Both the position numbers and the translations under genes were made by a program. Positions 30,069 through 38,885 of a DNA stretch of 48,469 bases are shown here, piece after piece. Below the pieces are notes generated by a model, which was given only the letters and a program-made list of their open reading frames with translations, was not told where the DNA came from and searched no databases. The DNA comes from Promethearchaeota archaeon. GTDB taxonomy: Archaea; Asgardarchaeota; Lokiarchaeia; Sigyniarchaeales; SOKP01. Position 1 is the first letter of the stretch. Every line of letters begins with the position of its first letter. The DNA lies in the NCBI GenBank assembly GCA_019057865.1, contig JAHLWP010000034.1:1-48469 (forward strand), given 5' to 3'.

Positions 30069-31010
30069 ATGACTGTTAAACAACTCCAAGAAGATATTTT
30101 AAAGCTAAAAAAAAATAATGATGTTATTATTTTAGCTCATTATTATCAGCCCATTGAGATACAAGAAATTGCTGATTATGTAGGAGATTCTCTTGGATTA
30201 TCTCGGACAGCTAAAGAAAAGGCTACTGAATATATAATATTCGCTGGTGTAGATTTCATGGCTGAAACAGCTTCGATCTTAAACCAAGATAAACATGTTT
30301 TAATTCCCAATCCTGAATCATGTTGCCCCATGGCAGCTTTTCTTACTCCTGAAAAAGTGAGAGAATTTAGAAAAAAATATCCTGGAATTCCAGCAGTATT
30401 ATATGTAAATTCTACTGCTGCTGTTAAAGCTGAATCTGACATTTGTTGTACATCTTCAAATGCTATTATTATTGTTAAGAAAATTAGTGAGGAATTTAAC
30501 ATAAATAAGGTTCTATTTGGACCAGACGCAAATTTAGCTGATTATGCTGAACAAATGTCTGGTATAAAATGCCTTCAAATGCCAGAAATTGGTCACTGTT
30601 ATGTACATTCGCAGATTAAACCAGAGCACATAATGGATGCACGAAAAGAGCATCCTAAAGCAAAACTTCTAGTCCATCCCGAATGTATAAGAAATGTAAG
30701 AGATTTAGCAGATTTTGTAGGATCAACTGCTAAAATTTATAATAGAGTCAAGAATAGTTCTTCTGAGGAGATTGAATTTATTATTGGTACTGAAGAAGGT
30801 TTACTTGAAAGGATGAAACAAGATTTTCCAAAAAAAAAATATTATTTAGCTAAGGAGAAATTAATTTGCTACAATATGAAAAAACATAACCTTGAATTAA
30901 TTAAATACCTATTGGAGAACTTGGATGATAAAACTCATGAAGTCAAAGTACCATCCGAAATTGCTAAAAAAGCACTCATTCCTATAGAAAAAATGTTGTT
31001 ATATTCTTAA
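30069..31010 (+). CDS. nadA: quinolinate synthase
   Basis: LAHYYQ, GDSL.L, FMAETA, CPMA, YVNS, CYVH, HPEC, GST, C.NMK. Confidence 0.95.
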   Translation: MTVKQLQEDILKLKKNNDVIILAHYYQPIEIQEIADYVGDSLGLSRTAKEKATEYIIFAGVDFMAETASILNQDKHVLIPNPESCCPMAAFLTPEKVREFRKKYPGIPAVLYVNSTAAVKAESDICCTSSNAIIIVKKISEEFNINKVLFGPDANLADYAEQMSGIKCLQMPEIGHCYVHSQIKPEHIMDARKEHPKAKLLVHPECIRNVRDLADFVGSTAKIYNRVKNSSSEEIEFIIGTEEGLLERMKQDFPKKKYYLAKEKLICYNMKKHNLELIKYLLENLDDKTHEVKVPSEIAKKALIPIEKMLLYS

Positions 31011-31026
31011 TATAAGTTAATATAAA

Positions 31027-32325
31027 TTATTCTTTTTTTATTGGTGTTAAACATTGAGGACAAACATCCCAATATGGTTTAACACTGTAATTACAGTTTG
31101 GACATTCAATTAATATCTCCATTTTAAGAATTTCTTTCTTATATTGCATGCTTTTTTCATTAGCTTCATCAATTTTGGTTAGTAAATCATTATCGTGGAA
31201 TTTATTTTCACATCTGGGACAAATATTAGACAAATCACTTTTCAAGATTGTTTTTCCACATTTTGGACAAAATCCTCGCATTTTTTCTAAAATTTCATCT
31301 AAGTCTACTTTTTTATATTCTGAAATTGAAACCAAATTTAAATCTTCATATCTCTCAGAGCCTTCGATTATATTTATTAGAGAGTTAATACCTGCTTTAG
31401 ATTTAGCTATTTTTTCGGATTGAAGAACTATATCCATTAATGTTGGTTTTGGGATACCCATTTCTATAGATGTCTTAATAAGCATTTTTTCAACTAAAAT
31501 TTCAAAAGGCTCAATAATACGATCCCAAATTAAATCCATTTTTACAAGCTTTTCAACAATTTCCTCTGCTATTCTATCTAAATCAAATACTGTTTTATCA
31601 TTAGCAATGTTTTTTTGAATAATTTCCTCAATTAACCTGTCTTTAATCAAACGTAATGTGGTAATTCCTATAATATCCTCTTCATGAAAGAAAAAAATAT
31701 CTTCACCTCGAACAAACATATTAAAGCCCAATTTACTTGACATGATTTTGTCTACATAGAACTCAATCCTAAGTTTCTTAACATTATAATGCTTACAAAA
31801 TTCATTTATCTCAAATTTATATTCGCGAGTTAAAACAGAATTCAAAAAAATATAAAACATTGCAAGATATAATTCACGGTTTTGCTCTATATTAAAGAAT
31901 TTGACTCCAATTTTTGTGATTTTTTGAATAATTTGGGAGATTATTGAATCAGCTACACCTATTTCTCTATAAAAAACTATTAAATCAGTAAGTCTTGAAA
32001 TATTTTCATTTAATCTATCAATATAAAATAAACTTTGTTCTAAACTGAAAGATGTTCCATGTATTTTTTCTGTTCCCCTTTCAGTTATAAAATATCGAGG
32101 TTTATTATCATCAAATATCTTTTTTTCAATAAAATATCTCTCTAAAAGTAATTTTAAGTATTTTGATAATGTTGATCTGCTTATATCACAATAAGTTTCT
32201 AAATCTGTGAACCTTTTAGGTCCTAAGTTCTTGAGAATGAATAAAACACGCTGATCATAATCCATCTCTTTAACCAAGGTTAACACTTTTTTCTCCAAAT
32301 CTTTTGAACTAGAACTTACTTCCAT
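31027..32325 (-). CDS. winged-helix DNA-binding protein with two C-terminal zinc ribbons
   Basis: KRFTDL.....ISRSTLSKYLK; CPKCG..CPRC and CPNC..CPQC. Confidence 0.75.
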   Translation of the reverse strand: MEVSSSSKDLEKKVLTLVKEMDYDQRVLFILKNLGPKRFTDLETYCDISRSTLSKYLKLLLERYFIEKKIFDDNKPRYFITERGTEKIHGTSFSLEQSLFYIDRLNENISRLTDLIVFYREIGVADSIISQIIQKITKIGVKFFNIEQNRELYLAMFYIFLNSVLTREYKFEINEFCKHYNVKKLRIEFYVDKIMSSKLGFNMFVRGEDIFFFHEEDIIGITTLRLIKDRLIEEIIQKNIANDKTVFDLDRIAEEIVEKLVKMDLIWDRIIEPFEILVEKMLIKTSIEMGIPKPTLMDIVLQSEKIAKSKAGINSLINIIEGSERYEDLNLVSISEYKKVDLDEILEKMRGFCPKCGKTILKSDLSNICPRCENKFHDNDLLTKIDEANEKSMQYKKEILKMEILIECPNCNYSVKPYWDVCPQCLTPIKKE

Positions 32326-32579
32326 ATAGAAATCTAAGAATTATTATAATTTATACTTTTGTTCGAACTATTAATGTATTACTATACTCAAACAAATGTA
32401 TAATACTAAGTAAATATAGTAAAAATTGCACGCCAAAAACTTACAATAAGAAATAACATCTTCCAATCAATAAAAAAGTTTAAATTCATAGTTAGCAATT
32501 AATCTATCGGAAAGCTATTTTAATTTATAAAATAAATCTTATTGAAAAAAATTTAATTTATTATAAAAATTCAGAAGTT

Positions 32580-32795
32580 ATGACGATAGAAAACCCAAAT
32601 TTATTAGAAAGGATTAGAAAAATTGAAAAAAGATTAGATGATTTGGAAAATCGATTATCATCTTTAGAAAGATTATTGAACAGAAGACCACTTCGATCAT
32701 TCCCTCGTCCCAAACCCTATCCTTCGCCTGAGCGTCCTGGATCACCTGGACCTCCAGGACCTCCTCCAGAGCCCTTTCGGTTTAAAGAAGATTAA
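32580..32795 (+). CDS. small coiled-coil plus proline-rich protein
   Basis: Heptads LERIRKIEKRLDDLENRLSSLERLL, then PRPKPYPSPERPGSPGPPGPPPEP. Confidence 0.65.
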   Translation: MTIENPNLLERIRKIEKRLDDLENRLSSLERLLNRRPLRSFPRPKPYPSPERPGSPGPPGPPPEPFRFKED

Positions 32796-32986
32796 ATATA
32801 TGTAAACTTGATAATGCAAATATCTTGATTTTAAGACCTAATTTTCTTGCTTTTTATGCAATATATCACAGTCAAATCATTTTAGACTGAAGTACATAAG
32901 ATTAGACAAAAATATTTAATTAAAAATTCAGACTATATCAATTTAACAACATATCAAATTAAAATTACAAAAAGACGTGATTAAAA

Positions 32987-33238
32987 ATTACTCAATATAG
33001 ATTTAGACTTACAGGGGTTCCACCTGATCAAGCTATAAAACTAATTGAGCTAGATCCAAATAGTTCAATAGCAGAAATTAAAAAAACTGTTCAGCGTGAA
33101 TATAAGTTAAATCCAATTTTAGCTATACAATTTATATTTAAGGGAAAAGTTTTACCAGATCAATTAAAATTCGCTAAAATAGGAATCCATCCAAAGAAAG
33201 ACGTAATTACAGTAATGGCAACCCAAGCAGGAGGTTAA
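32987..33238 (+). CDS. ubiquitin-like protein (83 aa, C-terminal GG), probable ATT start; absent from the ORF track
   Basis: ITQYRFRLTGVPPDQAIKLIELDPNSSIAEIKKTVQREYKLNPILAIQFIFKGKVLPDQLKFAKIGIHPKKDVITVMATQAGG*; SIAEIK and FIFKGKVL match ubiquitin TIENVK and LIFAGKQL. Confidence 0.85.
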   Translation: MTQYRFRLTGVPPDQAIKLIELDPNSSIAEIKKTVQREYKLNPILAIQFIFKGKVLPDQLKFAKIGIHPKKDVITVMATQAGG

Positions 33239-33251
33239 TTTTTTCAGTCGA

Positions 33252-33315
33252 GTGAGAAGAAACATCTCACGGGGTTTTTGAGAAGAAATAAATAAGCCGG
33301 CTTTTATTTTTTCTC
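33252..33315 (+). terminator. tandem hairpins downstream of the ubiquitin-like gene
   Basis: GTGAGA-N7-TCTCAC, then GAGAAGAAATAAATAAGC-CG-GCTTTTATTTTTTCTC followed by T tracts. Confidence 0.4.
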
Positions 33316-33456
33316 TTATTTTTTATTTTTTTCTAACGTTTTGGTAAGGATTTAAATTTATTTTAGTAAAGAATCGACCCAATTAAGTAAATTTGAATTT
33401 TAAATGCTTAATTGATTTTTAAGGGTTAAAAAGCTGGTTTTGTTTTAAATTGTATT

Positions 33457-33852
33457 TCAATAAGGAGAAGCTATAACTTCAGCTTTTTTAAGTTTAAGAG
33501 TAATTGGTTTTATAGGATGCTTTTTTTGTAGGAGTTTATCTATTTTTTTGCGTATCATTTTGCATTCCAAATAGATTGACTCGAAGTCCACATTCGCTTT
33601 AGTAAAAGCTGCAAATAATGCTTTATTACTAATTGGTAATATAAAAATATTTCCTCCTTTCGCTCTGACACGAAGAAATTTAAACTTTCCTTGTTTAACT
33701 TCTTTAATTGCAGTTTTTGCAACAGAACCAAGTGCTAACATCATTGCGGCAATTTTATGTTCATCTTTTCTTTTTAGAATCTCTGCTGATATAGGACTCC
33801 CCTCCAAAGAACATATAATTGCTCCTTCAATTTCTTCTGGTAACTCAATCAT
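33457..33852 (-). CDS. roadblock/LC7 domain protein
   Basis: IEGAIICSLEG.PI, IAAM..AL..VA......G. Confidence 0.8.
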   Translation of the reverse strand: MIELPEEIEGAIICSLEGSPISAEILKRKDEHKIAAMMLALGSVAKTAIKEVKQGKFKFLRVRAKGGNIFILPISNKALFAAFTKANVDFESIYLECKMIRKKIDKLLQKKHPIKPITLKLKKAEVIASPY

Positions 33853-34007
33853 AATAAATGTATTCTTTTATCTAGAATATGTAAGCCCAAGTTACTATTT
33901 AAATCCTTTTTAAATTCAAAGCTTAGAATTCAAGATTATGAAACAGTAGAAATCCATTTTTATCTTAAAGCTAAATTTTTTTATTTTTTTTAATATAAGA
34001 TACTAAT

Positions 34008-35225
34008 ATGGTTGAAAAAGCTAAAATAGCTATTCAAAGAATTAATAATGATGATGTAAAAACTGCTGTTTTTACAGCTTTAAAAATGATTAATGCTGAT
34101 CATTTAATGACTAAAGAAGGGATGGTTATTTTATTAAAACCAAACCTTTTAATGGCAAAACCACCTGAACGAGCAGTTACAACACATCCAGAAATAGTAC
34201 GTTCCGTTATTCAATGGTTAAAGCAGTATAATCCTTCTAAGATCTATGTTAGTGATTCTAGTGGCGGTCAAAAACCTGGTAAAACTGAAAATGCTATGAA
34301 AGTTAGTGGTATCTTAGCGGTGTGTGAAGAGGAAGGAGCAGAATGTATACCTTTTGAAAAATCTGAAAGAGAAATTTATAAAGTACCAAATCCACTTGAA
34401 ATGAAAGAATTTGTTAGTTCAAATCTGATTAAAGAAGCAGATCTCGTCATTAATTTACCCAAAATTAAGACTCATAATCAATGTGTTCTTACATGTTGCA
34501 TAAAAAATATGTTTGGAACCATCTTACGTAGTAATAAAGCTAAGACTCATGCACAATTTCCCCGATTAGAAAGATTTACATCGGCTTTAGCAGATATATA
34601 TTCTGTATCTAATCCACAATTAACAATAATAGATGGATATTTATGTCAGGAAGGGCAAGGACCATCTGGTGGAGATATTGTGAAATTAGATCTCATTATT
34701 GCCGGATATGATGGTGTTGCTTTAGATACTACTGTATGTAAAATTATTGGATTTGATCCTAAAGAGATCATATATCTAGAAAAAGCAGAACAAAAAAGAC
34801 TTGGAACAACTAATTTAAATAATATTGAATTTTTAGGAGAAAAAATTGAAGATGTGTATAAGAAGTTTAAGCATCCTAGAATTGCCCCAATTTCTATGCC
34901 TCTGCCAAAATGGTTGGGAAATTATGTTGGAAATAAAATTTTTAAAGCTACTGTAAAGTTTGATTCTAAAAAATGTAAATTATGTTCTACTTGTTGGGAT
35001 AATTGCCCTGGGAATGCAATCTCACCACCTAGTGAATTGAGAAAGGGAAATATTCCAAAATGGAATAAAAAAAGTTGTTTTACCTGTTATTGTTGTGTAG
35101 AATTATGTCCACATGAAGCAGTGAATTTTAAAATTAATTATGTAAAAAATGCTTTATTTTCATGGCCATGTGCTAGTATAATTTTAATTTTAGCTTTAAT
35201 AATATGGTTTTTTATGATTTTCTAA
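34008..35225 (+). CDS. DUF362 domain protein with C-terminal 2x[4Fe-4S] ferredoxin domain
   Basis: LLKPNL, TTHPE, NLPKIKTH, KNMFG, EGQGP; two CxxCxxCxxxCP motifs. Confidence 0.9.
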   Translation: MVEKAKIAIQRINNDDVKTAVFTALKMINADHLMTKEGMVILLKPNLLMAKPPERAVTTHPEIVRSVIQWLKQYNPSKIYVSDSSGGQKPGKTENAMKVSGILAVCEEEGAECIPFEKSEREIYKVPNPLEMKEFVSSNLIKEADLVINLPKIKTHNQCVLTCCIKNMFGTILRSNKAKTHAQFPRLERFTSALADIYSVSNPQLTIIDGYLCQEGQGPSGGDIVKLDLIIAGYDGVALDTTVCKIIGFDPKEIIYLEKAEQKRLGTTNLNNIEFLGEKIEDVYKKFKHPRIAPISMPLPKWLGNYVGNKIFKATVKFDSKKCKLCSTCWDNCPGNAISPPSELRKGNIPKWNKKSCFTCYCCVELCPHEAVNFKINYVKNALFSWPCASIILILALIIWFFMIF

Positions 35226-35695
35226 TCTACGTCGACAGAAACCTTACATTTGTTACAGCTTTTTGCTCCACGAAACAAGGGATTTCCGCAATTAGGACAA
35301 TGATATCTTTCTTCTTCCTCTTCAACAAACTTTTCTGTGCCAAATTCTCGCCAAGTTGGGATTGATCGTAGAATAACTTTTTTGGCTACAGGAACTGGAA
35401 AATTATTAATAAATTTACATGGAAACTCATCACATTGATGACATCCTTCAATTCCTTTTTCTTTAGTACATTTCTTTATTGGACACACTTTACACATTGG
35501 AAATACAATTCCATCAGATAAGCACCCAGTGCATGAAATATCTTCCACACTTTTTGCAAAAGCCTTGTATATAGGAAATAGAACTTGTTTAAATTTTTGA
35601 TTATTGTCCCTGTGAGCAATATATATAGAACATACACCACAATATAATCCACATGGAGCTAAAAGCTCTTTTTTAACTTCTACCATTTTAATCAA
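35222..35695 (-). CDS. DUF3795 family Cys-rich protein
   Basis: APCGLYCGVC, CTGC, C.IKKC, CHQCDEFPC, C-terminal zinc ribbon. Confidence 0.85.
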   Translation of the reverse strand: MIKMVEVKKELLAPCGLYCGVCSIYIAHRDNNQKFKQVLFPIYKAFAKSVEDISCTGCLSDGIVFPMCKVCPIKKCTKEKGIEGCHQCDEFPCKFINNFPVPVAKKVILRSIPTWREFGTEKFVEEEEERYHCPNCGNPLFRGAKSCNKCKVSVDVD

Positions 35696-35925
35696 TATTT
35701 AAGATTTGAATTTAAGAGAAATAAATATTATATTGTAATTATTTTTTGAGTTTTTAATACTCTTACTATTAAGACTCTAAATTATGTCTACCCAAAGCTG
35801 AAAAATTTAAAATAAATTAGATAAAAAATGAGATATTCTTAAGGTCATGTACCTGTATATTAGCAACCTTAGTATTTTTAATTATGTTGGGTGTAAGGAT
35901 ATTTTAATAAATAATTTTTAGTGAA

Positions 35926-36978
35926 TTAAACTAATTGTTCAATTGGAATTTTCTTTATTGTATTATATGCGTTCGTTAAACATTTTTCAGCATCATTAAT
36001 TATTGAATTAATAATGTCAGATACACTTTCTATATTATCTATAATTCCGATACTTTGCCCTAAAAGAACGGCACCTTCTTCTACGTTTCCTTCATAAGAC
36101 ATTTCCAGACGATTTACTTCCTTAACTACGTCGGAAACGAATTTTTCTTCAGACAATTTTGCTTCTTTATCTGAAACAAGATTATGAGTTGCTGAAAATT
36201 TGTTTTTTAAAACCCTAATTGGTCCAAATACACCTGTAACTAACTCAGTGTCAGAAGCTTTTGATGAAACAACAATATTCTTAACTTTATCATGAAATTC
36301 ACATTCTATTGAGGATATAAATCTGGAACCCATTGCAATAGCTCCAGCACCCATAGATAAAGCGGAAGCTAAACCTTCGCCAGTAGCAAATCCTCCACAC
36401 GCAATTATAGGAACATCAGGTAATTTTTTTCTGACTTGCTGAAGTAGGACCAGTGTACTTATATTTTCATATGATTGATGCCCTCCACCTTCACTTCCAG
36501 TAACAACTAATCCATCAACTCCCATATTTACGCATTTTTCAGCAAATTTTAAATTAGGTGTAACGTGGAAATGCTTTATTTCTGAACCACTTTCTTTCAA
36601 TTTCTGGAAATGTTTATTAAAAATCATTCTCGGAGATCCAGCGCTTGTAATTAAGTATCTGCACTGCTCTCTTATTTTTGAATTATCCAATATGAACCTG
36701 GGAATCTGTCTGCATAACTTTATAGCGTCAGGCTGCAATCTAGCAGTTCTAATATTAAAACCAAAATTTTTATCCGTGTTTTCAACGACATATTCCATAT
36801 TCTTTTTTAATTCCTCTACACTAATCTTTCCAGTCAAATTAATATGACTTAAAACACCTAAACCACCAGCTTCAGATACTGCAACTGTTAATTTAGTAGT
36901 ATAAAAGGGACCCATTGGGGCACTTAAAATAGGGTGTTTAATACCCAACATCTCGGTAATATTCGTTTCTATAACCAT
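35926..36978 (-). CDS. nitronate monooxygenase / FabK-like FMN enoyl reductase
   Basis: HPILSAPM, AVSEAGGLG, EGGGH, IACGG, MGSRF, GQSIG. Confidence 0.88.
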   Translation of the reverse strand: MVIETNITEMLGIKHPILSAPMGPFYTTKLTVAVSEAGGLGVLSHINLTGKISVEELKKNMEYVVENTDKNFGFNIRTARLQPDAIKLCRQIPRFILDNSKIREQCRYLITSAGSPRMIFNKHFQKLKESGSEIKHFHVTPNLKFAEKCVNMGVDGLVVTGSEGGGHQSYENISTLVLLQQVRKKLPDVPIIACGGFATGEGLASALSMGAGAIAMGSRFISSIECEFHDKVKNIVVSSKASDTELVTGVFGPIRVLKNKFSATHNLVSDKEAKLSEEKFVSDVVKEVNRLEMSYEGNVEEGAVLLGQSIGIIDNIESVSDIINSIINDAEKCLTNAYNTIKKIPIEQLV

Positions 36979-37442
36979 TTTACATCATATTTCTATTAAT
37001 TTTCGTATTTTAATCTAAAAGATTAAAAATTTAATTATTAAATTAAATAATAATTTATTTATATCAAAAGTTTATTTATAAAACTTTTTATTGAAATAAC
37101 ACTATTAGAAGTATTAAAATATTAAGGATATTATTAAAATTTTTTACGCATTTTATTAAATTTTAAAATTGAATCTTTTTTACTAAGAAAAAGGTGTTAA
37201 AATTGTTTACATTAGTAAGTTCTAATTTTCAATATTTTTAATCTGAAAGTTTCATAGCGAAGCTGAAATTCTAATTAAAAATAACCTCTTTTTAAGAGTT
37301 AAAATTCAGAAATATAATTCCAATTAAAAAGATTTAAAAATCTGAAAAATCTTTTAGGGATTTAGAATTTATAGTGAATTATAGAAACAATTAAGTTTTA
37401 TTTTTAACAACTTGTAATAATGATTAATAAAAATAGGTAATT

Positions 37443-37646
37443 ATGATGGTATGGGGGGGATCGCTTAACAAAAAGGGTTCTGATTATTTAAGGAAAATAA
37501 GAGAAGCAGACAAAGTTGTAAAATTTTTGGAAAATCTTAAAGAGGACTTACCTTCTGAAGAAATTGAAAAAATTTCCCAAACAGTAGAGATAATTGTAAA
37601 CTATATCTCTAAAATATCAGAGAACCCAAATTTGGATTCGTTATAG
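37443..37646 (+). CDS. small hypothetical helical protein
   Basis: 67-aa ORF with protein-like amphipathic composition; stop overlaps the hycI stop. Confidence 0.45.
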   Translation: MMVWGGSLNKKGSDYLRKIREADKVVKFLENLKEDLPSEEIEKISQTVEIIVNYISKISENPNLDSL

Positions 37647-38225
37647 ATTCTTTATAATCTTTTTTATTATTTCAATAATTTGATCTGCTACTTTTTGAAT
37701 TGTTTTTGTAAGATTCAATTCGAAAAATGGAAGATCCTTATTCTCACTACGTTCTTCTAATGAAAACTCATTTGCTTTATATAATTTCAGTTCTGTGAAA
37801 CCTTCAAGACTTTCTGGTACAAATCCAATCATGAAAACATTTAAGTGGGGTAATTTTTCAATTATTAAATCTATGACTAGATGGATTGGAATAGTATGTG
37901 TCGAAATAGGCACATATTCATGTATATTTTCCCGTTCTAATATAGCTACTGTTCCAGGAGGTTCATTTAAGGTACATGTATCTAACAACACTAAATGCGT
38001 TGGATTAAAATTAACGATATCTTCAATTCTATCCATTGGATCTGTAGCTGCATTGATAAATAGGATTTTTTCATTGTTATTGTCTAAGAGTTCAGAAATT
38101 ATGTAGGGTCCTACTCCATCGTCAGAAAGTTTTTCTTCACCAACCCCCATAAATACTATTTTTGAGGCACCACGTAACTTATTTTGCAGTTTTTCTAGCA
38201 ATTGATTCATGGTTTTATTAATCAT
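37641..38225 (-). CDS. hycI: hydrogenase maturation endopeptidase (HycI-like)
   Basis: GVG....DDGVG, LVLLD, PG, STHTIP. Confidence 0.8.
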   Translation of the reverse strand: MINKTMNQLLEKLQNKLRGASKIVFMGVGEEKLSDDGVGPYIISELLDNNNEKILFINAATDPMDRIEDIVNFNPTHLVLLDTCTLNEPPGTVAILERENIHEYVPISTHTIPIHLVIDLIIEKLPHLNVFMIGFVPESLEGFTELKLYKANEFSLEERSENKDLPFFELNLTKTIQKVADQIIEIIKKIIKNL

Positions 38226-38261
38226 TCATAATTTAATTAATCACGGTTAAATTCATTAAGT

Positions 38262-38885
38262 ATGGAATGCTATATTATAAGAATGTCTGAAAAACCTAAT
38301 GAAAAAATCGAGAAAACTCAAGTCGAAGGAATTTTAGAGAAAAGTAAAGTTATTATTTCCAATAAAGAAGGAATAGAAGAATTTTATAACAATTCATATA
38401 TAGGAACCATTGAGAAGATTGATAAAAGCGATGAAATATTAATTCTTGAACCTATAGAAGTACTTCTTTTAATTGAACGACGTCGAATTCTATTATGGGA
38501 AGATAATGATAAAAATAAAAGTTTGTTGGATTTTGAGAGTTTACTAACTTATTTTACTCAATTTGATGATAGATTATGGCAAAAGTATGTTATTTATATG
38601 GATTTAAGAAAGAGAGGATATATTGTACGTACTGGTTATGGTGATGGTATAGAATTTCGAGTTTATAAACGGGGTGCTGATTTTGAAAAGGATTCTGCGA
38701 AGTTTTTAATTTATCCTGTTTTTGAGGGGAATCCTATTGAACTAAGAGATTTAGATAAAATATCAAGAGTTGCAATGAGCTCTCGTAAAGATCTAATCGT
38801 TGCTACAGTAGATAGATTAAGTAAGCCGATCTATTATTCTGTGAAAAAATTTCAAATTTTAAATAAAGAAGAGAGTATTGAATAA
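38262..38885 (+). CDS. endA: tRNA splicing endonuclease subunit, probably the non-catalytic (structural) subunit; start may be ATG 38283
   Basis: Y.DLRKRGYIV.TG, FRVY, RVA..SRK.LIVA.VD, IYY; catalytic His position reads KDSA. Confidence 0.82.
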   Translation: MECYIIRMSEKPNEKIEKTQVEGILEKSKVIISNKEGIEEFYNNSYIGTIEKIDKSDEILILEPIEVLLLIERRRILLWEDNDKNKSLLDFESLLTYFTQFDDRLWQKYVIYMDLRKRGYIVRTGYGDGIEFRVYKRGADFEKDSAKFLIYPVFEGNPIELRDLDKISRVAMSSRKDLIVATVDRLSKPIYYSVKKFQILNKEESIE

